Part shown: piece after piece, positions 54,081 to 63,011 of the stretch
How the letters are laid out: every line of letters begins with the position of its first letter
How positions within the stretch are numbered: the stretch's first letter is position 1
IMG/VR virus record: IMGVR_UViG_3300050821_009413
Coordinates: 81,490-145,489 of that record
Reading direction: 5' to 3' (one strand)
Source of the DNA: a virus
Taxonomy: Duplodnaviria > Heunggongvirae > Uroviricota > Caudoviricetes
DNA: 64,000 nt
Made by a program: the position numbers and the translations under genes
The notes under the pieces: model-generated
What the model was told of the DNA's origin: nothing
Database searches by the model: none
Seen by the model: only the letters and a program-made list of their open reading frames with translations

Positions 54081-55010
54081 TCAGGATTGTTTGAGGATTT
54101 CGCGGTAAAGGTGCGTGTAGTTGTGCTTGAGCACCCAATCGGTGAACTGGTCCCACCCCAGCGCGCGGCCCTTCAAAACGTCCACAGCTGACAGGTTGCT
54201 GGTGTATTTCACCGACGCGTCGGCGAACTCCAGAGCCGCATAAAATTCCTGCTCATCCAGTGTGGCTTTGAAGAAGCGAAGCTCAAACGTTTCCCGGTTC
54301 TGGCAGTTCACCGCCGTGTATCGGGGCGTGAGGTTCCTGTCGCCTTTCGCTTGTTCCTTCAGCACACCCTTGCGGGGTTTCCGGAACGACGCCCACTCTT
54401 GCGATGACCTGCGGGCCAGCTTTTCGAGTTGTTCACTGTTTCGGTACATGAACAGCAGCCACATCATTTGATGGGCATCGGATTGCTGTTTGTGCGTTCG
54501 GTAAGACTTTTTACGGAACGCGTCACGCGCCACATGAATATGCAGCCCATAGTTGTCGTACACGCTGGACCCTGAAAGTCTCAGGTTTTTCAGCAGTTTC
54601 GAGAACGGGTACTGCCGCGCGTATTCCAGCGTCATCGGGTGCGTAACGATCTCCACACCGCTGATGCTGCCGTCGTGCTTCATGTAGAGATGGTCTTCAT
54701 GGGCGTCCACCAGGTGCACCGCGTCGACTATCTGGTCGGCCAACCCGTAGACTTCCAGCTCCACACCCATCATCGTTTGAGCTGTATCGCCCTTAAATAG
54801 CAGGTGTGGCCGGTAGTCGTAACTGTGGACGGAGCCATGTTCGGCGTCCGAGCAGCAGCAGCAGCTTTCGCAGTGCCCGTTGTCGCACATACCGAAGCCT
54901 TCTACCCAGCCCCTGCAGTCTTCGCAGTGCAGTCTGCCGCAGTCGGCGCAGCGTTGCATGTAATCGCGGGTGTCTTCGTAACCGCAGACCCGGCACTGTA
55001 CCATCGGCAT
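54081..55010 (-). CDS. amidoligase paralog with N-terminal Cys-rich region
   Basis: HLYMKHDGSISGVEIVTHPMTLEYARQYPF...GLHIHVARDAFRK...MWLLFMYRNSEQLEKLARR...FELRFFKATL. Confidence 0.6.
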   Translation of the reverse strand: MPMVQCRVCGYEDTRDYMQRCADCGRLHCEDCRGWVEGFGMCDNGHCESCCCCSDAEHGSVHSYDYRPHLLFKGDTAQTMMGVELEVYGLADQIVDAVHLVDAHEDHLYMKHDGSISGVEIVTHPMTLEYARQYPFSKLLKNLRLSGSSVYDNYGLHIHVARDAFRKKSYRTHKQQSDAHQMMWLLFMYRNSEQLEKLARRSSQEWASFRKPRKGVLKEQAKGDRNLTPRYTAVNCQNRETFELRFFKATLDEQEFYAALEFADASVKYTSNLSAVDVLKGRALGWDQFTDWVLKHNYTHLYREILKQS

Positions 55011-55142
55011 AAGCTGAACCCTCCTTCCTTTTTGTTCACCAATTGCCGCCCAAAAGGGTTTGGGCGGGGCGACGCTCGGGCGACACCATGAGCAGCACCG
55101 ACCCTTTCGGGCCGGTGCTGCCGCGTGCTGGCGCTCAGCATT

Positions 55143-55157
55143 GTTGCAAGATGCAAC
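55143..55157. promoter_or_regulatory. GTTGCA-N3-TGCAAC palindrome upstream of amidoligase 54081-55010
   Basis: gttgcaagatgcaac. Confidence 0.4.
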
Positions 55158-55159
55158 AA

Positions 55160-56271
55160 CTAGTCATCGACGCAGCGTTTCAGGATTTCCGCGTGCAACA
55201 TCGGGTAGTCGTTGTCCGCGGCCCACTGAGTGAACACATCCCACGACAACGCCGCGCCCTTCAACACATCCGCAGACGACAGGTTGCGGGTGTATTTCAC
55301 CGACGCGTCGGCGAACTCCAGCGCCGCATAAAACTGCGACTTCCACAACGTCGACTTGAAGAACCGCAACTCGAACGTGTTCGAGTTCAAGCAGTTAACC
55401 GCAACATACCGTTCGCGGCCACGGTCACCTTTCGCCTTGTTCTTCAACTCGCCCGGCGCTGGTTTGCGGAACGATCCCCAACTGTCCGACACCCGCCGCG
55501 CCAACTTTTCTAGCTGCGTACTGTTTCGGTACATGAACAGCAGCCACAACATTTGATGCACATCGGACTCCTGCTTACGTCCGCGGCGCGCACCATTCTT
55601 GCGGAACGCGTCACGCGCCACATGGATATGCAGCCCATACCCGGACGACACCCGGCACCCGGCGCTACGCAAACCAGCCAGCATCGGCTGGAACGGGTAC
55701 TGCCGCGCGTATTCCAGCGTCATCGGGTGCGTCACAATCTCCACACCAGAAATGGAGCCGTCCTCTTTCATGTAGAGGTGGTCCTCGCTGGGATCGATGC
55801 TGTGAACCACGGGCACGATGCTGCTTTGGTTGCCGCCCACTTCCAGCTCGACGCCCATCATCGTTTGGGACCGGTCGCCTTTGAACACCAGTTCCGGACG
55901 GTAGCTGGCGTAACGGATAGCGCCGCGCTCGTCGTAATAGTCGCTGTCGTCTTCGCAACAATCGCAGCAGTCGCTGCAGTGATACTCGTCGCATCCGCTC
56001 ATCCCACAGCAGTAATACTCGCAGCAGGAGTCGCAGTACGACAGGTCGTCACGCCAGCCGCGGTGCCCACAGTTCTGGCAGTCGGCCCGCTCATCGTCAC
56101 ACGATTCGCAGTACCCGTCGCCGCTGATACCGCAGAGGCTACGGTTGTGGCAGACGCTGTCGCCGCAACTGTGGCAGCTCACCAACTCGTCAGGGTCAAC
56201 ATATTCGAGGCACGTTTGGCAGCGTTCTAGCAGCACTTCTTCTTCGTCGTCCGCCAAAACAATAGGCATAG
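55160..56271 (-). CDS. amidoligase paralog with extremely Cys-rich N-terminal region
   Basis: The same conserved core is present. The N-terminal 120 aa hold about 35 Cys. The start was chosen at 56271 after an AAGGAA RBS. Confidence 0.6.
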
Positions 56272-56303
56272 GGGTTCCTTTCATTTTGTTCCGGAAATAT
56301 GGC

Positions 56304-56318
56304 GTTGCATCTTGCAAC
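56304..56318. promoter_or_regulatory. GTTGCA-N3-TGCAAC palindrome 33 bp upstream of amidoligase 55160-56271
   Basis: gttgcatcttgcaac. Confidence 0.4.
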
Positions 56319-56594
56319 GCGGTGCCGCGTCCCGAGCGACACCACCGGCAGGCACCAGAGAACACCTGATGCCGCCGAGTTGTGCTCGGAAAACGGGGGT
56401 TAGCCGGCGGCCAGCAGGCCGTTATCGGACGCGTCGTCCACCATCACATCGAAGAACAGGTCATCGTCGGGATACGTCATCTCAGCCCAACCGAGGAAGG
56501 GGATGACTTCGAGGTTCTCCCGTTCAACGGCAGCGTTAATACCAACACGTGTGTTCGCCATGTTTTGTTGCCTTTCCAGTGTTTTGTCGATTCT

Positions 56595-56609
56595 GTTGCA
56601 ACATGCAAC
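56595..56609. promoter_or_regulatory. GTTGCA-N3-TGCAAC palindrome
   Basis: gttgcaacatgcaac. Confidence 0.35.
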
Positions 56610-56730
56610 ACCTGTTTCCGTTTCATGTTTGAAACAGGCTTTGTTGAAGTGGGCATATTCCCACTATCTACAATAGTAACATAGTCAAGTCCACTAGTCA
56701 ATGGTCACGATTAAATCAGGTTAAAACACC

Positions 56731-57129
56731 TCACTTTCCCGCCGCGAACTCCGCATTCAACTCAACAACCTTCTCATTAAGACGCCCCTCCATCTCAGCC
56801 AACGTCAACTCCACCCGCTCCGGAACACGATGCGGCCAAATCTCATCACGAAACTCCGCCGCCAACCGCATCCGCAAATTCAACGCATCCAAACCATCCC
56901 CAGCATCCACAGGAACCTCCTCCCACAAAAACTGGACAAGCGCCTCATCCCGGGCACGCACCGCATCCAACCCCAGCCACACCGGATTCACCCGCTCGGC
57001 AGCCCGCTCAATCGGCGACAACTCAGCCATCTCAGTCCTCCTCCCATCCGGGGATACGTTCGATCTCAGGTATGCCCATTTCCTCCCATAACGGCAGGAT
57101 CGAAGGGTTGTCGTCGCAAGCTGCCACAA
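56731..57129 (-). CDS. hypothetical protein
   Basis: 132 aa, helical. Confidence 0.4.
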   Translation of the reverse strand: MWQLATTTLRSCRYGRKWAYLRSNVSPDGRRTEMAELSPIERAAERVNPVWLGLDAVRARDEALVQFLWEEVPVDAGDGLDALNLRMRLAAEFRDEIWPHRVPERVELTLAEMEGRLNEKVVELNAEFAAGK

Positions 57130-57574
57130 TTTCGTAATGCCGCGTCAAATAGCGATATATCCGCCGCTTCACCGACACATCCGAATGAGTCAAACCATCC
57201 GGACGCATAATCGGACCGTCATACCCAACAGGCAAATACAAAGCACGAGGGATGGCCAACAATTCCGGCAACAAGTAATCATCCAACCATCCTGCACTGG
57301 TCTCATAGTGGCGCTCCATTCTAGCGGTGACAACGGCAATTACTTCGCCTGCCGCATAATGCCGACGGCAGAACTCCAACGCCTGTTCATTAGGCGGGCA
57401 ATGCCGCGACGCTGCGTGAAAAGCGTCGAAGTCTTTCACCGGTCCGCTTACGTAATGGCGGATGGACGACACATTCACTAACGACCCGTCCATATCGGCG
57501 ATCACCGCCTTCAATCGGCGCGGTTGCCGGGCCGCCTGGTACAGCTGCCGTACATCATCCAACTCTGCGCTCAT
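57032..57574 (-). CDS. HAD-superfamily hydrolase/phosphatase
   Basis: VIADMDGSL is motif I (DxDGT/S), VVTAR is motif II, and CDDNPS is a motif IV-like DD. Confidence 0.55.
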   Translation of the reverse strand: MSAELDDVRQLYQAARQPRRLKAVIADMDGSLVNVSSIRHYVSGPVKDFDAFHAASRHCPPNEQALEFCRRHYAAGEVIAVVTARMERHYETSAGWLDDYLLPELLAIPRALYLPVGYDGPIMRPDGLTHSDVSVKRRIYRYLTRHYEIVAACDDNPSILPLWEEMGIPEIERIPGWEED

Positions 57575-57680
57575 CGATCCTCCTTTCGTTTGTTCTGGTC
57601 ACCAGGGCCACATCGCCCGATCACGCCCGATCCTCGCCTAGCGTAGTAGCCCTGGTCGTTGCCGCGAGGTCGACCAGCTT

Positions 57681-57695
57681 GTTGCATCTTGCAAC
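57681..57695. promoter_or_regulatory. GTTGCA-N3-TGCAAC palindrome upstream of HAD hydrolase gene
   Basis: gttgcatcttgcaac. Confidence 0.4.
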
Positions 57696-57923
57696 GAATT
57701 CGTTTGAACACGTCAGCCATGGATCGGTGCTCTCACCACCGATCCATGAAGCCGAGTTCACCACTAGTAATTCCACCTTGCCGGTACAGGCCACGACTCT
57801 CCGGTACAGTCCGCCGCGTCTTCTAGACTCGTGTGACCCACTGCAACTCATACGGAGCGTCCGGGTAGAGCTGCTTGATAGGACGATCGCAGTAGTAACA
57901 CCTAGCCAACTGCTGCTGTTCGG

Positions 57924-58418
57924 TCACGCGATCCACCTTTCGATCCTTGTCCACTTCGAGGTGTCCCACGGCCAGTGATACACCCACGCCCGCGTACCGT
58001 TCCCGGTGATAACGATGGACCGCATGTAGGCGTCCGGGTGACCTTCGATCCGGTCAAGGACCGCGAACCCCAAATCCGCCTCACCCTCTTTCATGGTGAC
58101 GGTGTAGCCGGGAACAGTTCCGGGTTCGGTGATCACCGCGGCAGGGAACCCCAGCGTGGTGTCATACAACTGCCCGACAACCGTGTCCAGCGTGACCGCC
58201 GCGGCGAACTGTTCAAGCGAGGGCCATCGGTTCTGGCCGGGGCACAGCGTGCCGTACACAAACACATCCCGGACCTCACCGTCAGCCAGTACACGTTCCA
58301 ACTGGGCAGCGCACTCTTTGTAGACGAGGCCGGAAGGGCTACGCTCAATCAACGGGGACGCCCTTCCGCGCCATTCTGTTATCAGCTGTTCAAGGTGAAC
58401 CGCGCTTATCGCACTCAT
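57924..58418 (-). CDS. gamma-glutamylcyclotransferase-like (AIG2/GGCT family) protein
   Basis: VFVYGTLCPGQNRW matches the GGCT YGTL-x-x-G motif at the N-terminus of a beta-barrel domain of about 150 aa. Confidence 0.55.
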   Translation of the reverse strand: MSAISAVHLEQLITEWRGRASPLIERSPSGLVYKECAAQLERVLADGEVRDVFVYGTLCPGQNRWPSLEQFAAAVTLDTVVGQLYDTTLGFPAAVITEPGTVPGYTVTMKEGEADLGFAVLDRIEGHPDAYMRSIVITGNGTRAWVYHWPWDTSKWTRIERWIA

Positions 58419-58666
58419 GACTTGCGTCCCCTTTCGCCGCTGAACAGTTCCTTCGCCTTGGCGGTGTTCAGCTCTCCCATCTCGGCCATCAGGCGGAACG
58501 CCTCGGCCATCATCGCGCGTCCACGCAACGCTGCCCGAGTCTCCTTCTCGTAGTAGAAGGTGTGATCGGCCTCCAGGTTGAAGTGAAACTCGGCGCGGGC
58601 GAAGATCTCCCTGAGTTCCTCCAACTCGACGCTGGCCGACCGCTTGTCCGACTTGTCACTCATCAT
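58415..58666 (-). CDS. hypothetical protein
   Basis: 83 aa. Confidence 0.35.
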   Translation of the reverse strand: MMSDKSDKRSASVELEELREIFARAEFHFNLEADHTFYYEKETRAALRGRAMMAEAFRLMAEMGELNTAKAKELFSGERGRKS

Positions 58667-58711
58667 CGTTCACGTTCATTCTGTTCCCCTTTTTCATCGC
58701 ATTGTTGGTCT

Positions 58712-58726
58712 GTTGCATCTTGCAAC
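58712..58726. promoter_or_regulatory. GTTGCA-N3-TGCAAC palindrome upstream of 58415-58666
   Basis: gttgcatcttgcaac. Confidence 0.4.
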
Positions 58727-58879
58727 AGGGGTGCTCAAACACGCCACCGACAGCATCAGCGCTCTCACCGCTGATGCTGTCGAGTCGAGTTCAGTACCGC
58801 GGAAACTGCTCCGGCTCAGCTTCGTCCTCGCCGAAGATTTCGTACAGCAACCACTCAGGCGTCCCCTCGTCGTAGGGGT

Positions 58880-59098
58880 TCATCGCGGCTCAACCTGTGC
58901 GTTGCACTTCTGGTACGGGGTGTGCCAGTAATCGCCGCCGACCACGATGCCCCCGTGGCCATGGAAATACTGAGTGCGGTACACGTAGTCGCAGACGATG
59001 CCGTGCGGACAACGCACCTCGTTACTCATGCGGGTTTCCGCATCGTCCCGAACAGCGTCGGAACCGGCACAGTGGTCAGCAACCCTCGGCGCAACCAC
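58880..59098 (-). CDS. hypothetical small protein
   Basis: 72 aa, Cys/His-containing. Confidence 0.3.
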   Translation of the reverse strand: MVAPRVADHCAGSDAVRDDAETRMSNEVRCPHGIVCDYVYRTQYFHGHGGIVVGGDYWHTPYQKCNAQVEPR

Positions 59099-59166
59099 TC
59101 AGCCCGACGCGCCTTCAACTCCTCCAAATTCACGGTATTGAAGTTCATTCTTGTTCCTTCCGTCGT

Positions 59167-59181
59167 GTTGCATCTTGCAAC
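59167..59181. promoter_or_regulatory. GTTGCA-N3-TGCAAC palindrome upstream of 58880-59098
   Basis: gttgcatcttgcaac. Confidence 0.4.
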
Positions 59182-59279
59182 GCCCAAAGATTTTGGGCGC
59201 AGTTGTCCCATTAACTACATACTACCATGTCAAGCCTCACTAATCAAGAGGCCGGACATGAACGTCGTAACCGCAGCGA

Positions 59280-59789
59280 TTAGGGCGCGACGTGGCCCCA
59301 TCGTTTGCCGTTGAGGATGCGCGTAACCGCAGTTCTCCCGACACCGAAGCGGTCGGCAATTTCGTGCTGCAAAAGCCCGGCTCTCCGCAACTGGATCATC
59401 TCCCGCACGTCCGCCTCGGTAATTTTCGCAGCGTGATGCCTCTCTCCTTGACGACCCGGATTTCTGTTTCGCCCGCGCATATACATATCGCGGACATTGT
59501 CCGCCTGGGTCCCCAGTTCTAAATGCGCCGGATTCTGGCAAGGGGGATTATCACAACGGTGCCGAACTTTGTGCTCCCCAGGGTCACTTCCCGTCGCAAA
59601 ACGCCACGCTAACCGGTGGGCCTTTTCGCAAATCGTATTTCCATTAAAATCCTTGCCGATAAACAGCGATCCATGCCCGAAATTTTCGGTTAATCCAGTC
59701 CACGGCCAACACTCGTCTGGACCACGCTTCTCGACCCTGGTCCAGTAGCGGGCCTCAATCGTTGGACTCAAGACGGCAATCTCCCGCAC
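59280..59789 (-). CDS. HNH endonuclease (HNH_3-like) with C-terminal helix-turn-helix
   Basis: ICEKAHRLAW...HKVRHRCDNPPCQNPAHLELGTQADN is the HNH motif. The C-terminus LLQHEIADRFGVGRTAVTRIL is HTH-like. Confidence 0.6.
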   Translation of the reverse strand: MREIAVLSPTIEARYWTRVEKRGPDECWPWTGLTENFGHGSLFIGKDFNGNTICEKAHRLAWRFATGSDPGEHKVRHRCDNPPCQNPAHLELGTQADNVRDMYMRGRNRNPGRQGERHHAAKITEADVREMIQLRRAGLLQHEIADRFGVGRTAVTRILNGKRWGHVAP

Positions 59790-59791
59790 GA

Positions 59792-61000
59792 CTACACACC
59801 TTTCACGTTAAGAACTTGGCGCAGAGTCGTAACCACCGTCACCAAGTCCTTAGCGTCCTCGATAATTTGGTCAATGTCTTTGTAGCAGGCGGGGATTTCG
59901 TCGATCCACTCCGCCCCGTGCCGATACTCAATACCAACCATCGCCGCAGCGAGATCAGCCTCAGTGAACCGCTTCTTAGCCTCGGTCCTGCTGAATCTCC
60001 TCCCAGCACCATGAGGAGCACTGTAAAGGCCATCCGCGTTGCCAGTCCCCGACACCACATAAGAACGGGTCCCCATACTTCCAGGTATAACGCCCTTTTT
60101 GCCTTCGGAGGCATTGATCGCGCCTTTCCTGGTCAGCCATACCCGCTCTCCGTCTATGTGCACAGGTTCCGTATAATTGTGGTGACAGTTTATTCGCTCA
60201 ATTTCCACGCGCTGCGCCTGCACACCCAACCACTGCGCGAACACATGGATGAACCTGTCCATCATTTCATCACGGTTGAGCAACGCGAACGTCTGCGCCC
60301 AATGCAACTCGTTGATGTAGTTGTCGAACTCCGGTGTGCCCTCAACCAGGTAGGCCAGGTCACGGTTCGGCAGCGCCGGCGCTGTTGCATCTTGCAACGT
60401 CGACTGCAACGCGATCTTGATGTGCTTCTGCGCGATCTTATTACCCACACCACGGGAACCCGAATGCAGAAACAACCACACATTACCCTCGGCATCGACA
60501 CACAACTCGATGAAATGGTTACCACCACCCAACGACCCGAGCTGCTCCATCCACTTAGGCGAATGCGACAAATCGACGCCCGTATCCACCGCCAACCTCA
60601 TCAACAACTCATGCCGCTTACGAGTAAACGGAAACCGCTGGTTATCCTTATTGTAATTTCCTGGCGACAACGGGATAGCATCCTCAATAGCCTCACGCAA
60701 CGCGGGCAGAGATAAAGAACGCTCGAAATGGTTATCGGAGTACAAGTCAATTTCGCGAAACCGTGTCTTTACTGCAGACATTCCGCAGCCTATATCGGCT
60801 CCAACCGCGGCGGGTATTACTGCGCCTTTTGTTGGAATAACAGTGCCGACGGTAGAGCCTCGTCCAAAATGAACATCTGGCATTACAGCAATGTGGGGGA
60901 AGACGAATGGTAGCTGAGCTGTTTGCCTAACTTGTTCTACGGCCTCCGGCTCTATCTCTCCGGCAAAATTCTTCACATTCTGCGCTATAAAACGTGGCAT
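59792..61000 (-). CDS. rtcB: RtcB-family RNA ligase
   Basis: MPDVHFGRGSTVG...GADIGCGM...GGGNHFIEL...HSGSRG...PHGAGR are canonical RtcB metal- and GTP-binding motifs, including the His-guanylation site. Confidence 0.85.
   Translation of the reverse strand: MPRFIAQNVKNFAGEIEPEAVEQVRQTAQLPFVFPHIAVMPDVHFGRGSTVGTVIPTKGAVIPAAVGADIGCGMSAVKTRFREIDLYSDNHFERSLSLPALREAIEDAIPLSPGNYNKDNQRFPFTRKRHELLMRLAVDTGVDLSHSPKWMEQLGSLGGGNHFIELCVDAEGNVWLFLHSGSRGVGNKIAQKHIKIALQSTLQDATAPALPNRDLAYLVEGTPEFDNYINELHWAQTFALLNRDEMMDRFIHVFAQWLGVQAQRVEIERINCHHNYTEPVHIDGERVWLTRKGAINASEGKKGVIPGSMGTRSYVVSGTGNADGLYSAPHGAGRRFSRTEAKKRFTEADLAAAMVGIEYRHGAEWIDEIPACYKDIDQIIEDAKDLVTVVTTLRQVLNVKGV
60384..60398. promoter_or_regulatory. GTTGCA-N3-TGCAAC palindrome inside rtcB coding sequence
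   Basis: gttgcatcttgcaac encodes TLQDAT in RtcB. It may be a coincidental or internal site. Confidence 0.25.
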
Positions 61001-61152
61001 TGTTGGACCTCCTGGGTGAGAAGCTCGACGTTATCCACCATCGTTCCGTCGTCGTCCCATTCGGATAGTTGTTCGATCGGATACATTTTGTTCTCCTTGT
61101 TGTTGTCTGTTCGGTTCTGGTTGAGTTGAACCGGACAGTCTAGCGCGGAATC

Positions 61153-61167
61153 GTTGCATGTTGCAAC
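61153..61167. promoter_or_regulatory. GTTGCA-N3-TGCAAC palindrome
   Basis: gttgcatgttgcaac, followed by a covarying hairpin. Confidence 0.4.
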
Positions 61168-61250
61168 GTTGCGTCCTGGCGACGCGCGGCCCAGCACCGG
61201 TCACCCTCCGGGACCGGTGCTGGACTGTAGGTGTCAGGACGAGTCAGAGT
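61168..61250 (-). terminator. hairpin plus CTGTAGGTGTCAGG box at 3-prime end of gene 61244-61573, abutting the palindrome
   Basis: CAGCACCGGTC-ACCCTCCGG-GACCGGTGCTG stem-loop, then GACTGTAGGTGTCAGGAC. A homologous element at 63012-63090 has a different but still self-complementary stem. Confidence 0.4.
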
Positions 61251-61573
61251 ACCCGCAGTAACCCAGTTTCGTCACGAACCGGCTGCGGGCCGTTGTATTT
61301 ACCGTCGTCGTCGGTGTAATCCTCGAGGATCCCAAGTATCCGACTCACGCCGACGCTGGCGGTACCCGGACGGGGCGAAATCAATTTCGACGCGAGTGTG
61401 AGGACACCGCGGATGTAGCCGGCCAGCTCCTCCGTTTCGGGATCATCGGTTTTTTCGGGGCCGATCTTTTCGATGCACGGTTTGAGTAGCGCGCCTACGG
61501 TCTCGGCTAGGGAGATCTCATCGAGTGTCGCCTCGAGGACAACATTGAGAGATGTTACTGGTCGATTCATCAT
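61244..61573 (-). CDS. hypothetical protein
   Basis: 109 aa. Confidence 0.4.
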   Translation of the reverse strand: MMNRPVTSLNVVLEATLDEISLAETVGALLKPCIEKIGPEKTDDPETEELAGYIRGVLTLASKLISPRPGTASVGVSRILGILEDYTDDDGKYNGPQPVRDETGLLRVL

Positions 61574-61789
61574 GACGAGAGTCCTTCTCGGATCAGGTAT
61601 GCGAGCTTCTCAATCTCGCTGAGGATGAGGTCCGCGGCGATCGAGTACGCACACGCCTTTCCGTGATACAGCCCGGCTATGTACTCGTCGTCGGTGGATT
61701 CTTCCTTTTTCTCGCTGGAGGTCGCGAGGCGGCGTAGCGTTGTCTCGCGACGGCGCAGTGACTCCAGGGCGGCGTCGAGTCTGGTGCTC
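61570..61789 (-). CDS. hypothetical protein (short start chosen, MSTRLDAALESL)
   Basis: The longer ORF has an Arg-rich, implausible N-terminus. Confidence 0.3.
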
Positions 61790-61981
61790 ATTCGTCCCCC
61801 CAGTCCAGCGAAGCCCTGTCCACGGTGCGGACGAGTCCGAGGCGTTGCTGCCAGCGCCGTGGTAGGTGGACGCCCGCGATCGTCCACCGGATACTCCACG
61901 GCTCGTAGGTGGTTTCGGCGTCGGTGCCGTCGTCGTTGACCCACTCGCACCGTCCGGTGGCGAGGATGCGTAGTCTTTCAA

Positions 61982-62185
61982 TCAGTTGTCGCATTTTTGT
62001 TCCTCATTCTTGTCCTTCAGCCACGTTTTGATTGCGTCCTGCTGCTGCACTAGGTAGCAGCCTAGGAGCGCGCCGAACCCGAACTCTAGCCACTGGTTCG
62101 TCGTCCAGTACAGAAGACCGTAGCTGACGTAGCTGACTGTGAAGGCGACCGCTCCCAGGATGGAGAATAACCTCAGCTTCCCCAT
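61982..62185 (-). CDS. small membrane protein
   Basis: 67 aa with two TM helices. Confidence 0.35.
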   Translation of the reverse strand: MGKLRLFSILGAVAFTVSYVSYGLLYWTTNQWLEFGFGALLGCYLVQQQDAIKTWLKDKNEEQKCDN

Positions 62186-62377
62186 GTTTTACCTCCTTTA
62201 GCTTGTTGTTGTTTGGTGGGCGATTCCATGCCAGTACATGCCGTACATGGAGTCGTTGTCGGTTAGGAACCCGATGTATATGTGTTCTATCCTGCGCGTG
62301 AAACTCGGATAGAACGGCAGCGGGTGTGTTAGGACCGCTTTGGATAGGTCCGCGGTCACTATCTCGTCTGGATCCAT

Positions 62378-62617
62378 TTATCCGACTTGCTGGTAGTTCG
62401 AGCGGAGTCTGCGCATCTGTTGGGCCATTTTGAGGTCTTCGATCAGCCCGTCGAGATGCTTGTCCGCCACATAGAACTGAACTATGCCGTCTGTGAGCTT
62501 TACGTCCCAGCCGTTCACGCACACGTCTATTGCGCGTCCGGATCGTTGGATGAATGTTGTTGTCTGGCCGCCGGTGTCTACGACGGTGACTTTAATGTCT
62601 TTCATGCTTGGCATTTT
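62378..62617 (-). CDS. hypothetical small protein
   Basis: The start MPSMKD lies about 30 bp downstream of a palindrome copy. Confidence 0.35.
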   Translation of the reverse strand, partial: KMPSMKDIKVTVVDTGGQTTTFIQRSGRAIDVCVNGWDVKLTDGIVQFYVADKHLDGLIEDLKMAQQMRRLRSNYQQVG

Positions 62618-62645
62618 TGTTTCCTTTCTGTTGTTGTTTTGTTTT

Positions 62646-62660
62646 GTTGCATGTTGCAAC
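62646..62660. promoter_or_regulatory. GTTGCA-N3-TGCAAC palindrome about 30 bp upstream of 62378-62617
   Basis: gttgcatgttgcaac with an A/C-rich leader AACAAAACAAAACAACAACAGAAAGGAAACAAAAATG. Confidence 0.4.
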
Positions 62661-62661
62661 G

Positions 62662-62964
62662 TTATGCGGCGACGCCGACCAGCACCGAGTACACGCAATC
62701 CACGTACACGTTGGCCTGTAGCGGTGACAGGTTCCAGACGTTTTCAAGATTCCAGAGCAGCTGATAACGGGGCATTCCTTTGCGTTCGTCGTTTTGGATG
62801 CGCTCAGCTACGTCGAGTGCAACGCTGGAGTCGGTGATCCTGAATCCGTGGTCGATCAGGCAGGACAGGAATGATCCGTTGCCGTCAGCGTGCGCTGTAG
62901 GCACCGCGACCGTGGCGGCGGCTATGAGCGCCGCGGTTCCTGCGAGATATCGTTTCGTCAACAT
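62662..62964 (-). CDS. secreted small protein
   Basis: MLTKRYLAGTAALIAAATVAVPTAHA is a signal peptide with an AHA cleavage site. Two Cys. Confidence 0.4.
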   Translation of the reverse strand: MLTKRYLAGTAALIAAATVAVPTAHADGNGSFLSCLIDHGFRITDSSVALDVAERIQNDERKGMPRYQLLWNLENVWNLSPLQANVYVDCVYSVLVGVAA

Positions 62965-62996
62965 GATTTTGTTTTCCCTTTCGGTTGTTGTTGTTT

Positions 62997-63011
62997 GTTG
63001 CATCTTGCAAC
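62997..63011. promoter_or_regulatory. GTTGCA-N3-TGCAAC palindrome about 33 bp upstream of 62662-62964
   Basis: gttgcatcttgcaac with a leader AACAACAACAACCGAAAGGGAAAACAAAATCATG. Confidence 0.4.

Noticed and set aside
51416-56230. Plus-strand ORFs 51416-52405 and 55553-56230 opposite the amidoligase genes
   Set aside because: Arg/Pro/His-rich antisense artefacts. The minus-strand frames carry the conserved amidoligase blocks shared by three paralogs.
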